Assembly (NCBI GenBank): GCA_037129555.1
Contig: JBAXUS010000004.1
Location: forward strand, 19,726-83,725
Direction: 5' to 3'
DNA length: 64,000 nt
From: Planctomycetota bacterium
GTDB taxonomy: Bacteria; Planctomycetota; SZUA-567; H5-PLA8
The notes beneath the pieces were generated by a model, which worked only from the letters and a program-made list of their open reading frames with translations, ran no database searches and was not told where the DNA came from. Positions 27,933 through 38,016 of this stretch are shown here, in pieces. Position numbers and translations under genes: made by a program. Every line of letters starts with the position of its first letter. The first letter of the stretch is position 1.

Positions 27933-30164
27933 ATGTCCGTCGTTCAGCGCACGTCCCGATTGTCTCGATCCATTCTCTTCCTGTTGGCCTTATTGCTGGT
28001 CTCGGTGTGCAGCTTCGTCCGAGCTGAAGAACCTGCCGATGTGGTGGACTTGACGAAAGCTGTTGCGGCACCTGATCCGAAGATCGCTAAATTTATCGCC
28101 CAGCTTGGCTCGCCCGATACCGTGTTGCGCGAGGAAGCGGAGACTGCGTTGATGGCCGCTGGAAAAGCCGCCATCGCTCCATTGAAAACCGCTGAAGCGT
28201 CCGCGAATGCGGAGATCGCCGCTCGCGCCAAACGATTGAGCGGACGTCTTTCCGAACTCACAGTCAAAGCCGGAAGCTATGCGGAATATCTCCCGTCGGA
28301 CACCATTCTGTATTTGGAATTCCGAGACACGGCTACGACCTTTGATCGCTTGAAACGTACACCCCTGTCCAAATTCTGGGATAAGCAATCGACCAAAATT
28401 TTCATGCAGGGATTTCGCACTGAGCAGTTGCCGAACGAAGTGAAAGTGCTTGACGCCGCAACCGCGTTGCCGAAATTGGCCAGCGGGCGGGCGCTGTTTG
28501 CACTATCGAGTCCGGACACGATTGAAGCGCACGAAATCGATCCGCCGCTCATTTATGTGTACGAGACGCAGAGCATGCGGATTGCAGAAGCGCATGTCCG
28601 CAGCTTGTTCGAAGGCATGAACGACGCTGTGAAAACAAAGCGAAAATATAACACGTTTGAGATCGAAGAGCAGATCAACGCGTGTTCGGTTTTCGGCGCG
28701 CAACGCATCATTCATGCGCTCACGCCCAAAGGCATGGAAACGTTTCTCGATCATTTGAAAAAGCCGCCGGGGAATCCGTTGTCGAGGCTGACAGCTGATA
28801 TGAAAACCAAACGTCCGGACGCCGACATTTATTTCCGGCTGAGCGCAGACGGTTTGAAAACACTTGCGGAAGCGAACCAACTGCTCGATGACGACTTGAC
28901 CAAGCGCATTGAAACGTTCGGGCTCGAAGAGGGCGGATTTATCGAAGACGCGCTGACGTTGAATGCGGAGGGCATCGAGGATTTTGCGCGGATTTTTCCA
29001 GGCGGTAACGCGCGGAGCAAAGGCCTGATGTCGGTGCTGCAACGCATGACGGTCAAAGCGGCTCCGCCCGTGCAAGCCAACCAGCCGCAGGCGCTGGACA
29101 TGGTGCCGTGGCAGGCGGCGATGGTCGTGTCGTTCAGCGGCGACGCAGCGACGAGTGCGGTGGAATTGACCGCTGCGCTGCGGGCGCTCGACGCGTTGGG
29201 TGGTGAACTCGTTCATCCGGAAGCGAATCTGAACAATGTCAATCCGCCTGCGAACGCGCAGAATGCGTTAGATCCGGTTCGTCCTCCCCGAGCGAAAACG
29301 GCTGCTGAAGAGGCGTTGAATTTGGGTGGCGGAAATGTGCTTGATGACAAGAAAGATTTGAAGACTCCGGCCAAAGACATGGCGAACAAAAAGCCTGGTA
29401 AGAAAGCAGACAAAGCCGCTGAACCGGAGCGGACGGCGCCGCGATTCGAGCGGTTGCTTCACGCCGGATTCACGCTGGAGCAATTGTTGCAACAAGTGGA
29501 CGGACCGATGGTGCTCGCCCTTTTTCCGGAGCGCGTAGATGTGTCGAAACTGGCCAAACCTGACGCTGCGAACAACCCGCCGGACCCCGATCATGTGCCG
29601 ATGGCCGTGCTCGTCGGAATGTATTTGAAAGACCCGGCTCCGATTGAACTGGCGCTGAAACGAGCCAACAAAGGCGTGGACCACAAATACATCGAGCACG
29701 TGCTGGACGGCGGAACGTTCTTCTCGGAAGACGAAGATGAGAACAGCGCTGGATTCTGGTTGCGGGGCAATTATTTCGCGTGGGGAACGTCGCGCGATAT
29801 TTTGGATTTGGCAGGGACAGCGGTGTTGAATCAGAACGGTAATGAGCGCATGACGGCGCGGCAGTCGCACATCGATTACATGGCGAAGAATTACGATCCG
29901 GCAGCGTTGCTGAATGTGTACGGCGACTCTCGTCAGTTCCTTGAAATGCCGTACAAGATGGCGCAGTTGCAATGGCAGACCGATCCGAAGAATCCGTTTC
30001 CGGATTTCGCTGTAGCCGCCGGGCTGCTCAAAGGCAACACGATGCACATGAAAATCAAGCAGGTTCAGGGCGGATTGCAGATTGAAGCGCAGTCGCCTTT
30101 GTCACTGATGGGGATGTTGCAAGCGATCTTGAAGCCGCTGAAAGAAGCGGCGTTGATTCAGTAG
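27933..30164 (+). CDS. Hypothetical secreted protein (743 aa)
   Basis: Signal peptide ILFLLALLLVSVCSFVRA. AAGGAG RBS. No recognised domain; largely helical composition. Confidence 0.5.
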   Translation: MSVVQRTSRLSRSILFLLALLLVSVCSFVRAEEPADVVDLTKAVAAPDPKIAKFIAQLGSPDTVLREEAETALMAAGKAAIAPLKTAEASANAEIAARAKRLSGRLSELTVKAGSYAEYLPSDTILYLEFRDTATTFDRLKRTPLSKFWDKQSTKIFMQGFRTEQLPNEVKVLDAATALPKLASGRALFALSSPDTIEAHEIDPPLIYVYETQSMRIAEAHVRSLFEGMNDAVKTKRKYNTFEIEEQINACSVFGAQRIIHALTPKGMETFLDHLKKPPGNPLSRLTADMKTKRPDADIYFRLSADGLKTLAEANQLLDDDLTKRIETFGLEEGGFIEDALTLNAEGIEDFARIFPGGNARSKGLMSVLQRMTVKAAPPVQANQPQALDMVPWQAAMVVSFSGDAATSAVELTAALRALDALGGELVHPEANLNNVNPPANAQNALDPVRPPRAKTAAEEALNLGGGNVLDDKKDLKTPAKDMANKKPGKKADKAAEPERTAPRFERLLHAGFTLEQLLQQVDGPMVLALFPERVDVSKLAKPDAANNPPDPDHVPMAVLVGMYLKDPAPIELALKRANKGVDHKYIEHVLDGGTFFSEDEDENSAGFWLRGNYFAWGTSRDILDLAGTAVLNQNGNERMTARQSHIDYMAKNYDPAALLNVYGDSRQFLEMPYKMAQLQWQTDPKNPFPDFAVAAGLLKGNTMHMKIKQVQGGLQIEAQSPLSLMGMLQAILKPLKEAALIQ

Positions 30165-30206
30165 CGTTGGGCTACAACGCTGCACATTCTTTGCGAAACG
30201 CTAACC

Positions 30207-30233
30207 GCAATGCCGCTTGACAACAGCGGCTTT
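30207..30233 (+). promoter_or_regulatory. Candidate sigma70-like promoter of the MIP channel gene
   Basis: TTGACA (30207-12), a 15-nt spacer and gTGcTAAAGT (TGn extended -10), ~60 nt upstream of the ATG. Planctomycete promoter consensus is poorly defined, so this is weak. Confidence 0.3.
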
Positions 30234-30296
30234 GTGCTAAAGTGCCGTACGAATTTACACAGACCATTTTCATCCCATTTTTTAGGAGGTTCTGCA

Positions 30297-30907
30297 TGAA
30301 CACACGTGGCGTACTTGTGGAGTTTATTGGCACGTTTATTTTCTTGGTGGTCATCGGCTTGGTGGGCGGCGTGATGGCTCCCTTGGCCATCGGCTGCATG
30401 TTGATGGTGCTGGTCTACGGCGGCGGGCATATCTCCGGCGGACACTACAACCCGGCTGTGACGCTCGGCGTGTTTTTGCGTGGAAAGTGCCCGAAGGTAG
30501 ATGTGATCCCATACATGGTCGCGCAGGTCGTTGCGGCGATTCTCGGCGGATTGCTAGTCAATTACCTCGCCGGTCCCCACACGCCAATCACCGTGGACGT
30601 GACGAAGGCGATGATCGTCGAATTCATCTTCACGTACTTCTTGGTCAACAACGTCTTGAATACGGCGACATCCAAGAAGAACGCCGGTAATTCATACTAC
30701 GGCCTCGCGATCGGCTTCACGGTCGTGGTCGCGGCGTATGCGGCGGGGGCAATTTCCGGTGGCGCATTCAACCCGGCGGTGGCCTGCGGAATCACCGTGA
30801 TGGGCGTGAGCCCAGTCGCCAACATCTGGATCTACTTCGTCCCGAATTTCCTTGCGGCGATTGTGGCGGCGAGCGTGTATAAATTCGTGAATCCGGATGA
30901 GATTTAA
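30297..30907 (+). CDS. MIP-family channel (aquaporin/glycerol facilitator)
   Basis: Two NPA boxes (HYNPAVT and AFNPAVA) and six TM helices. AGGAGG RBS 6 nt before the ATG at 30297. The track start 30242 is an upstream extension. Confidence 0.85.
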
Positions 30908-30933
30908 ACGATACGATTTGACGTGATTGAGAG

Positions 30934-30968
30934 AAAAAGGGAGAGCGTAGGTGCTCTCCCTTTTTTTA
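30934..30968 (+). terminator. Rho-independent terminator after the MIP channel gene
   Basis: AGGGAGAGC-gtaggt-GCTCTCCCT (9-bp stem) followed by TTTTTTTATT. An A-run sits on the 5' side. Confidence 0.75.
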
Positions 30969-31059
30969 TTGACGACGGTGAATGGAAAGAAGTTCACAAG
31001 CGGGAAATAATGGGTATAATTGGCCGCGTAGATATGCGAAAAACACGAGGGTAAGGACC

Positions 31060-31617
31060 ATGACAGCACTACTTGAGCCTAAAATTATGACGCAAATCGC
31101 GTTCCTGGAAATGGAGCACGATGGTCTTTTCGAATTCGTCAATGGCGAGATTGTGGAGAAAAACATGGGCGCGATTTCGATGGAGATTGGCAACGTCATC
31201 CTGTTTATTTTGCGCACGTATTGCTATGAACACAAGCTCGGCCGGGTCATGATGGAGCAATTTTTCCAATGTTACAGCGACGACCCCGAGCGCGTTCGCA
31301 GACCAGACGTTGCGTTCATTTCAAAAGGGAAACTTCCCGGCGATAAGCTTCCTGAGGGCGCTATTTCCGTCGTCCCAGACCTCGTCGTGGAAGTGGTTTC
31401 TCCGTATGACAAGCAATACAAGGTCGATGAAAAAGTGAAGGAGTATCTCGACGCTGGCGTCCGCATCGTTTGGGTTGTCAGCCCCCCGGGCCAGTACGTT
31501 CGCATTTATCGCAATGGGCGTCCAACAACCGAGCTATCCATAGCCGACACCATCACCGGCGAGGACGTGATCGCCGGATTTTCGTGCAAGGTCTCCGAAT
31601 TTTTTGCGACCATTTAG
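31060..31617 (+). CDS. Uma2-family (DUF820) putative endonuclease
   Basis: EMEHDGLFEFVNGEIVEKNMGA...RRPDVAFIS...VVPDLVVEVVSPYDKQYKVDEKVKEYLDAGVRIVWVVSP is the Uma2 signature (PD-(D/E)xK-like PDLVVEV.SP). AAGGA RBS. Confidence 0.75.
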   Translation: MTALLEPKIMTQIAFLEMEHDGLFEFVNGEIVEKNMGAISMEIGNVILFILRTYCYEHKLGRVMMEQFFQCYSDDPERVRRPDVAFISKGKLPGDKLPEGAISVVPDLVVEVVSPYDKQYKVDEKVKEYLDAGVRIVWVVSPPGQYVRIYRNGRPTTELSIADTITGEDVIAGFSCKVSEFFATI

Positions 31618-31700
31618 CTCTTGTTAAGGCTTGACTTTGCCCGGCGTGAGTCTATTCTGTTTCAGCCTATTTTTTAGGCACACTGAAAAGGAGAGTAGAC

Positions 31701-32795
31701 ATGTCGGCAGCGAAACGGCGCCGCGTGGCCGTGGTGGGCGCCACGGGCGTGGCAGGACAACAGTTTTTGGTCAGTTTGAAGAATCATCCGTGGTTTGAGG
31801 TCAAGCGCCTCGCCGCGTCGGAGCGCAGCGCGGGCAAAAAATTTGCCGACGCGATCAAGGACTCTTCGTCCGGTGCGACGCGATGGTTCTGCGATGAACC
31901 CTGCCCGAAAGAGATTCTTTCGATCACCGTCGAAAACGCCGAAAAGCTGATTCTCGATGACATCGATATTGTCTTCACGGCGATTGAAAGCGATGCCTCG
32001 AAGATCGTCGAACCGTTGTACGCCGCGCGCGTTCCGGTGATTTCGACGGCCAGCGCGTTCCGCTATGAAAAAGATGTGCCGGTTTTCCTTCCCGGCGTCA
32101 ACATCGACCACGCCGAACTGATTTCAGTCCAACGCAAGAATCGCGGCTGGAAGGGCTTTGTGACGCCCGGCCCGAACTGCACGACCGTCGGTCTCGTCTT
32201 CAGTTTGAAGCCGTTGCACGAACGTTTCGGTATCGGCAGCGTGATCATGACGTCGATGCAAGCCGTCAGTGGCGCGGGACGCAGTCCTGGCGTGTTGAGC
32301 TACGATATTCTCGACAATATCGTTCCGTACATTCCGAAGGAAGAAGAGAAGGTTCAGACTGAGACGCAGAAGATTCTCGGCACGATGGACAACGGCACAA
32401 TCATCAGTGCGCCGTTCAATGTCAGCTGCACGTGTACGCGCGTCAATGTCATCGATGGACACACGGAGTCGGTGTTCGTTGGCTTGAAGAACAAAGCGTC
32501 GCTCGCCGAAGTCAAAGCGGCGTGGCGTGATGGGTACGCTGATTTCCTGTCGCTGGGATTGCCGAGCGCTCCGCCGGAATTGGTGCATTACACGGAAGAA
32601 CCGTTCCGCCCGCAGCCGCGTTTGGACCGCAATATGAACGACGGCATGACGACCGTGATCGGCCGGTTGCGCGAAGACAACGTGCTGCCCAACGGCATCA
32701 AGTACGTGCTGCTGAGTCATAATACAAAGATGGGTGCGGCCAAAGGCGCAGTGCTCACCGGTGAGTATTTGATCAAGAGCGGGATCATTGAGTAA
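31701..32795 (+). CDS. asd: Aspartate-semialdehyde dehydrogenase
   Basis: RVAVVGATGVAGQQF N-terminal Rossmann motif. The catalytic Cys context NCTTVGLV and a C-terminal dimerisation domain are present. 364 aa. AGGAG RBS. Confidence 0.85.
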   Translation: MSAAKRRRVAVVGATGVAGQQFLVSLKNHPWFEVKRLAASERSAGKKFADAIKDSSSGATRWFCDEPCPKEILSITVENAEKLILDDIDIVFTAIESDASKIVEPLYAARVPVISTASAFRYEKDVPVFLPGVNIDHAELISVQRKNRGWKGFVTPGPNCTTVGLVFSLKPLHERFGIGSVIMTSMQAVSGAGRSPGVLSYDILDNIVPYIPKEEEKVQTETQKILGTMDNGTIISAPFNVSCTCTRVNVIDGHTESVFVGLKNKASLAEVKAAWRDGYADFLSLGLPSAPPELVHYTEEPFRPQPRLDRNMNDGMTTVIGRLREDNVLPNGIKYVLLSHNTKMGAAKGAVLTGEYLIKSGIIE

Positions 32796-32927
32796 CTGAA
32801 CTGCGTTCGCACGAAGACGCGAAGAGCACAAAGAAACACGAAGAAAATATAGTCAGAGTGGTTTAAATCTTTGTGATTTTTTGGGTTCTTTGCGTCTTTG
32901 AGAGAGACCGTCATCCGGAGTCTGATC

Positions 32928-33731
32928 ATGCGCATGCGTCTGGCTTGTCTCGTCTTGCTGTGCGGGTCGTTTAGTATGATGGCTGCTCAGCCGTCCAGCG
33001 ATGCACCGTTTTCGATGACGAAAGATGAGCAAGCCATCGTTGATTTGACGAACGGGGAGCGGCGCAAGGCTGGGAAAAAGCCGGTGAAGCCGAATGCGGT
33101 TCTCTTCAGCGTGGCGCGGCAACATGCTGACGACATGATGACATCCGGCAAACTTGAACATCGCTTGAATGGCAAAAACAGTTCCGACCGCGTTCAAGCC
33201 GCTGGATATAACTGGGTGGCGGTCAGCGAGAACATCGCGTGGAATCATCGCACGGTAGACGATGTGGTATCGGGCTGGATGAAATCGGAGGGGCATCGCG
33301 TCAATCTGCTCGGAAACGATGTCACCGAGATCGGCGTTGGGATCGCGTCGAATGCTGCAGGTGAGCCGTATTGGGTGCAGGTCTTCGCGAAACCAGACCC
33401 AGAACATCCGAACATTGCCATACCGGTTGGCCCTGGAGCCCCGCCCCGCCCTGACCCCAGAGGCCCCATTCAGGCAGTAAAATTCACGCTGCACAATCTC
33501 TCGGCATCAGACTTTTTTATCGACGTTCACACTGAGAAAGCGTATACCATCAAACCCGGCGAATCGGTCGAATTTTCAGTGCGTGTGCTGGCCATGAAAG
33601 CGCCGGTTGAAGTGAGGTCCGGATCGACAACTCTGGATTTCGTAGCCCGGCATGGTTTGACGTACACATTGAACATATCGGCCGGGGATTTAGAATTAAT
33701 TCAAAAGAATCCGAATCCCAACACGAAGTGA
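32928..33731 (+). CDS. Secreted CAP/SCP/PR-1 domain protein with C-terminal beta-rich extension
   Basis: Signal [20 protein letters not shown]. ...[19 protein letters not shown]...PYWVQVF is the CAP-domain signature. The track start (32898) is a TTG. An ATG at 32928 has GGAG 9 nt upstream. Confidence 0.7.
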   Translation: MRMRLACLVLLCGSFSMMAAQPSSDAPFSMTKDEQAIVDLTNGERRKAGKKPVKPNAVLFSVARQHADDMMTSGKLEHRLNGKNSSDRVQAAGYNWVAVSENIAWNHRTVDDVVSGWMKSEGHRVNLLGNDVTEIGVGIASNAAGEPYWVQVFAKPDPEHPNIAIPVGPGAPPRPDPRGPIQAVKFTLHNLSASDFFIDVHTEKAYTIKPGESVEFSVRVLAMKAPVEVRSGSTTLDFVARHGLTYTLNISAGDLELIQKNPNPNTK

Positions 33732-33819
33732 TTTTTCATCGTTCCAGTCGTGGCAATTTCAAAAAGAGCGGTTAAATTTTAACCTTCTACAGCCACGTGA
33801 ATTCCCCTTGGAGCATTTG

Positions 33820-34362
33820 ATGTCCGAACATATTTCATTTCATGGAACGACCATTATTGCCGTGCGACAAAACGGCAAGCTCGCGATGGGCGGGGACGGA
33901 CAGGTCACGCATGGGGCCATCGTGTTGAAAGCGACGGCGCAGAAGATACGCAAGATGCGCGGTGGACAGGTGCTGTGCGGTTTCGCGGGATCGACGGCGG
34001 ATGCGTTCAGTTTGCTTGAGCGCTTTGAAGCGAAGCTTGACCAGAACAAAGGCAATCTGAAACGCGCTGGTGTGGAATTGGCGAAGGACTGGCGGACCGA
34101 GCGCTCGATGCGCCGACTCGAAGCAATGTTGGTGTGTGGCGATAAAGACTCATTGATATTATTGACCGGACAGGGTGATGTGGTTGAGCCTGACGACGGC
34201 ATTATCGGCATCGGATCGGGCGGAGCGTACGCTCAGGCAGCGGCCCGCGCGTTGTCCAAACATTCACCGCTGACGCCCCGGCAAATCGTTGAAGAGTCGT
34301 TGAAAGAAGCCGCCGCGCTGTGCATTTACACGAATTCGAATGTGACGATTGAAGAGCTGTGA
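33820..34362 (+). CDS. hslV: ATP-dependent protease subunit HslV
   Basis: [14 protein letters not shown]...GDGQVT is the mature N-terminal Thr active site. [10 protein letters not shown] and GSGGAYA motifs. GGAG RBS. ATG at 33820; the track start is a TTG extension. Confidence 0.9.
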   Translation: MSEHISFHGTTIIAVRQNGKLAMGGDGQVTHGAIVLKATAQKIRKMRGGQVLCGFAGSTADAFSLLERFEAKLDQNKGNLKRAGVELAKDWRTERSMRRLEAMLVCGDKDSLILLTGQGDVVEPDDGIIGIGSGGAYAQAAARALSKHSPLTPRQIVEESLKEAAALCIYTNSNVTIEEL

Positions 34363-34420
34363 AGATTAGAATGCCGGGTGTTTTCACTTATACGTCTTGT
34401 TTCGGATCAATGGATTGAGA

Positions 34421-35839
34421 ATGGCAAAAATGCGAGAGAAGGAAACAGAACTGGCCGCACCCGCCGCCGCAAAACCGGTGATTGATCCGGCGAACATGAC
34501 GCCGAAGCAGATTGTGGCGGAGTTGGATCGCTACATTGTCGGGCAAGGCGCGGCGAAGAAGGCTGTGGCCATCGCGCTGCGCAATCGCTGGCGGCGGAAG
34601 AAACTGGAGCCGAGCATTCGCGAAGAAGTCGCGCCTAAAAATATTCTGATGATCGGACCGACCGGCGTGGGCAAGACGGAAATCGCCCGCCGCCTCGCCG
34701 CGCTCTCGGGCGCACCGTTCGTCAAAGTCGAAGCGACGCGCTACACGGAAGTCGGCTACCATGGCCGCGACGTCGAGAGCATGATCCGCGACTTGGTCAA
34801 GCAGGCTCTGAACATGTCCCAGAGCAAAGCGCGCGAAGACGTCAAGATCAAAGCCGCCGAGGCTGCTGAAGAACGGCTGCTCGACATTCTGCTCCCCGCC
34901 CCGGAATCGTTCACGACTGCGTCGGTCAGCGACAAAGGGCCTGGCAGCGCGTCGGACCAATACGACAAGACGCGTGCGAAGCTCCGTAAGAAATTGCGCG
35001 ACGGCCTGCTCGACGAAAAGGATGCGGAACTTGAAGTGGCCGCAGGGGGCGAAGTTGCGGGAGTGTTTGCGCCTTCGATGGGTGAGGAAATGAGCGCGGA
35101 GTTGCAGGACGCGTTGACGCGGATGATGCCGAAGCGGACGAAGCGACGGAAGATGACCGTGGCGGAAGCACGCAAAATCATTGAATCCGAAGAGGCTGAA
35201 AAGCTGATTGACCAGGATTCGGTGGCTCGGATGGCGATTGAATCCGCCGAGAATTTCGGGATCGTGTTCATCGACGAAATCGACAAAGTTGCGGGCAGCG
35301 GCAAGGGCAACGGCCCGGACGTGTCGCGCGAAGGTGTTCAACGCGACATGTTGCCGATCGTTGAAGGTGCGTCGGTCAGCACGCGCTGGGGACTCGTTAA
35401 GACGGATCACATTTTGTTCATCGCAGCGGGCGCATTCCACATGTCGAAGCCCAGCGATCTGCTCCCGGAATTGCAGGGGCGATTCCCGATCCGCGTCGAA
35501 TTGCAGGATCTGACGGAAGACGATTTCCGCCGCATTCTGACAGCTCCGAAGAACGCGTTGACGAAACAGTACGCAGCACTTTTGGGGACGGAAGGTGTGA
35601 CGCTGGAATTTTCGGAAGACGGTCTCGCGTCGCTCGCGCGCATCGCCGCAACCGCGAACTCGCGCAACCAGAACATTGGCGCGCGGCGTCTGCACACGGT
35701 TATGGAAAAGCTGCTGGAAGAAGTGAGTTTTGAAGCGTCGGAGCTTGTCGACAAGAACATCATGGTGACCTCCAAGATGGTCGAGGACCGGCTGAAACCG
35801 ATTCTTGACGACGAAGACCTCGCGAAATTCATTCTCTAA
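34421..35839 (+). CDS. hslU: ATP-dependent protease ATPase subunit HslU
   Basis: TPKQIVAELDRYIVGQ..AKKAVAIALRNRWRR, Walker A GPTGVGKTEIARRLA and Walker B IVFIDEIDK. 470+ aa. ATG at 34421; the track TTG start is 8 codons upstream. Confidence 0.9.
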   Translation: MAKMREKETELAAPAAAKPVIDPANMTPKQIVAELDRYIVGQGAAKKAVAIALRNRWRRKKLEPSIREEVAPKNILMIGPTGVGKTEIARRLAALSGAPFVKVEATRYTEVGYHGRDVESMIRDLVKQALNMSQSKAREDVKIKAAEAAEERLLDILLPAPESFTTASVSDKGPGSASDQYDKTRAKLRKKLRDGLLDEKDAELEVAAGGEVAGVFAPSMGEEMSAELQDALTRMMPKRTKRRKMTVAEARKIIESEEAEKLIDQDSVARMAIESAENFGIVFIDEIDKVAGSGKGNGPDVSREGVQRDMLPIVEGASVSTRWGLVKTDHILFIAAGAFHMSKPSDLLPELQGRFPIRVELQDLTEDDFRRILTAPKNALTKQYAALLGTEGVTLEFSEDGLASLARIAATANSRNQNIGARRLHTVMEKLLEEVSFEASELVDKNIMVTSKMVEDRLKPILDDEDLAKFIL

Positions 35840-35865
35840 TATGGCGTCAAAAGGAAGCACGTGCG

Positions 35866-37950
35866 ATGGAGCCATCGAAGGCTGTCGAATCTGGCGCGCA
35901 AGAGGCAGGCGTGTCAGAGTTGCGGAAACGCATTGACCAGCCGGGATTCGTATTCGCCATTTTGTTGCTGCTATCCATGTCGTTGATCTGGGCGAACCTA
36001 ACGAAGCCGTTTTACAGTTTCGACGACGAAGTCCACATACGTGTCGCGGTCGAAACGCCAATTTCGTCGATTCTATTCAAGCCGGAATCGACGATCACGT
36101 ACCTGCCAGTCTCGCTGCTGTCGCATCGTTTGGACCGGTATCTTTTTGGGCCGTCCGAGCCGCTTCGTCCCAAGGCCCTGTCCGTCAAACAAACGCTCGA
36201 ACACGACGCCATTGGCCAACTGAATCCGGAAGACACGTCGCGCAGCGCCTATTTCGGTGAGATAAATTGGGCACCGTATCTGCGCGCCGAAAGTTGTCTC
36301 TTTCACGTGATCGCCGGCTTTTTACTGTGGGCGTTTTTGCGGCGCTTGAACGTTGGGCCGGGCACGGCGCTATTCATCGCGGCGGTGTGGGTGGCGCATC
36401 CGATGGCGTGTGAATCGGTGTGCTGGATCTCCGAGCGCAAGAATGTTCAAGCGGCGATGTTTGGATTCTTCGCGCTGTGGGCTCAGACGCAGCGCGGGAC
36501 GGCGTGGCGCTGGCCGCTCGTGACGGTTCTTTATTTTTTATCGACGCTCAGCAAACCAACGGGCGTCGGCGTGTTCCCGATTATTGTTGCGCTAGAAGTG
36601 CTTGACCCGAATGCGCCGGTGTTTGCGTGGCGCTCAGTGCGCGATTGGGTAAGGCTTGCGCTGGGATTATCCGGGCCGTTCGCGGTGACTGTTTTGATTG
36701 TGTGGATCAACATGGGCATCCACCAGATTCATTTCGTCGCGCCGCCGGGCGGATCGTTGTTTACGGCGTTGCTGACGGACCTCGAGATATTTTCGCGCTA
36801 CATGTTCAACATCGTGTTGCCGGTGAATCTGAGTTTCTTCTATGGCCTCGATCCGATACGTTCGCTGGGTGACGCGCGGGCGTGGATCTTTGGTGCGGTG
36901 CTGGTCGGCGTGTGTGTTGGCACGGTTTGGGGCACTGAGACGAAATTTCGCGGCGTGGCAGTGTTCGGATTGATTTGGTTTTTCGGGGCGCTGGGACCGA
37001 CTTCGAACATTGCGCCGATTCCATACTGGATGCAAGACCGCTACGTGTACATCGCGTCGGCAGGGTTATTACTATCACTGACACTGTGCGCACAGGGGAT
37101 CTTTGCGCGTGTGAAAATGGAACCGGCGATGCGCGCATACGGGCCGTTTGCGTTGGGATTTGCGTTTGTTCTTTTTATTGCGGTCCTGTCCATCACCCGC
37201 GCGCCGTTGTTTCAGGACGCTCAAACATTGGTTGAAGACGCTGCAATTCGGCAGCCGAAATCGGGGAAGGCGCGTTCGGAGAGCGCGCACAATCACGCGT
37301 ATGCGGCGCACAATCGACGCGATCCGGAGTTTGTCAAAAGTGGTGGCGTATTGCGCGAATCCCGGCGCGCGTTGGAAGAATATGATGCGGCGATTCAGTG
37401 CGCGGACATCGATAATTTTACGAGCGCATTTGTGCTGCGGGTGAAGGCTGCGCAATTGATGAACACCCTCGGGGCTCAAGGCGACATCCGGGCTTACGCG
37501 GAAGCTCGCGAGTATTTGAAGGACTGGTTGCCGCCGAAAAAGTACACGATGCATGATCCGGATACGACGTTCTCCGCGCGCGATTCGGCGACATCCTATC
37601 GGCCACAGACGTTGGCCTACGCGTGGCTCGTTGCGGCAGAAGCACGCTGGATGCTGGCGATGAATTTGGACCGCAAGACAGTTCCAGTCGCTGCGCGACT
37701 TGCAGAAATGAACGCCGCGATTGCTGAAGTGGATCGGTCCATCGGGATTCATATTTGGGATTATCAGGGCTACGTGTTGAAGGCACGGATGCTGCTTTTT
37801 ATGTCGGTGCTGGATGAGGAAAATAAGGACATCGCGAGTTCGGACAGGCATGTGCTTGAGGCCGTGACGTTGTTGAAACAAGTTCCGGTATCGTCGGAAT
37901 TGGGTGGTCAGGCGATGGAGCTGCTGACGAAAATCGTTGCGCTGAAATGA
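35866..37950 (+). CDS. Polytopic membrane protein of the TMTC/DUF1736 (PMT_2-like glycosyltransferase) type with C-terminal TPR-like region
   Basis: ~11 predicted TM helices in the first 420 aa. AHPMACESVCWISER resembles the conserved HP..(T)E.V motif of TMTC/DUF1736 proteins. The C-terminal 270 aa are soluble and helical. Confidence 0.55.
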   Translation: MEPSKAVESGAQEAGVSELRKRIDQPGFVFAILLLLSMSLIWANLTKPFYSFDDEVHIRVAVETPISSILFKPESTITYLPVSLLSHRLDRYLFGPSEPLRPKALSVKQTLEHDAIGQLNPEDTSRSAYFGEINWAPYLRAESCLFHVIAGFLLWAFLRRLNVGPGTALFIAAVWVAHPMACESVCWISERKNVQAAMFGFFALWAQTQRGTAWRWPLVTVLYFLSTLSKPTGVGVFPIIVALEVLDPNAPVFAWRSVRDWVRLALGLSGPFAVTVLIVWINMGIHQIHFVAPPGGSLFTALLTDLEIFSRYMFNIVLPVNLSFFYGLDPIRSLGDARAWIFGAVLVGVCVGTVWGTETKFRGVAVFGLIWFFGALGPTSNIAPIPYWMQDRYVYIASAGLLLSLTLCAQGIFARVKMEPAMRAYGPFALGFAFVLFIAVLSITRAPLFQDAQTLVEDAAIRQPKSGKARSESAHNHAYAAHNRRDPEFVKSGGVLRESRRALEEYDAAIQCADIDNFTSAFVLRVKAAQLMNTLGAQGDIRAYAEAREYLKDWLPPKKYTMHDPDTTFSARDSATSYRPQTLAYAWLVAAEARWMLAMNLDRKTVPVAARLAEMNAAIAEVDRSIGIHIWDYQGYVLKARMLLFMSVLDEENKDIASSDRHVLEAVTLLKQVPVSSELGGQAMELLTKIVALK

Positions 37951-38016
37951 TGTGTTATCACGCGATTTCGGTGTAGTCGAGTCTGGACGATTTGCTTGTG
38001 ATTGGAGCGAAACAAG

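Noticed and set aside
32796-32897. Purine-rich stretch (GAAGACGCGAAGAGCACAAAGAAACACGAAGAAAAT) after asd
   Set aside because: There is no stable stem or repeat structure. It is likely just a spacer or promoter region for the CAP-domain gene.
34388-36061. 557-aa minus-strand ORF spanning hslU
   Set aside because: Antisense to an unambiguous HslU (Walker A/B, full length). Arg-rich artefact.
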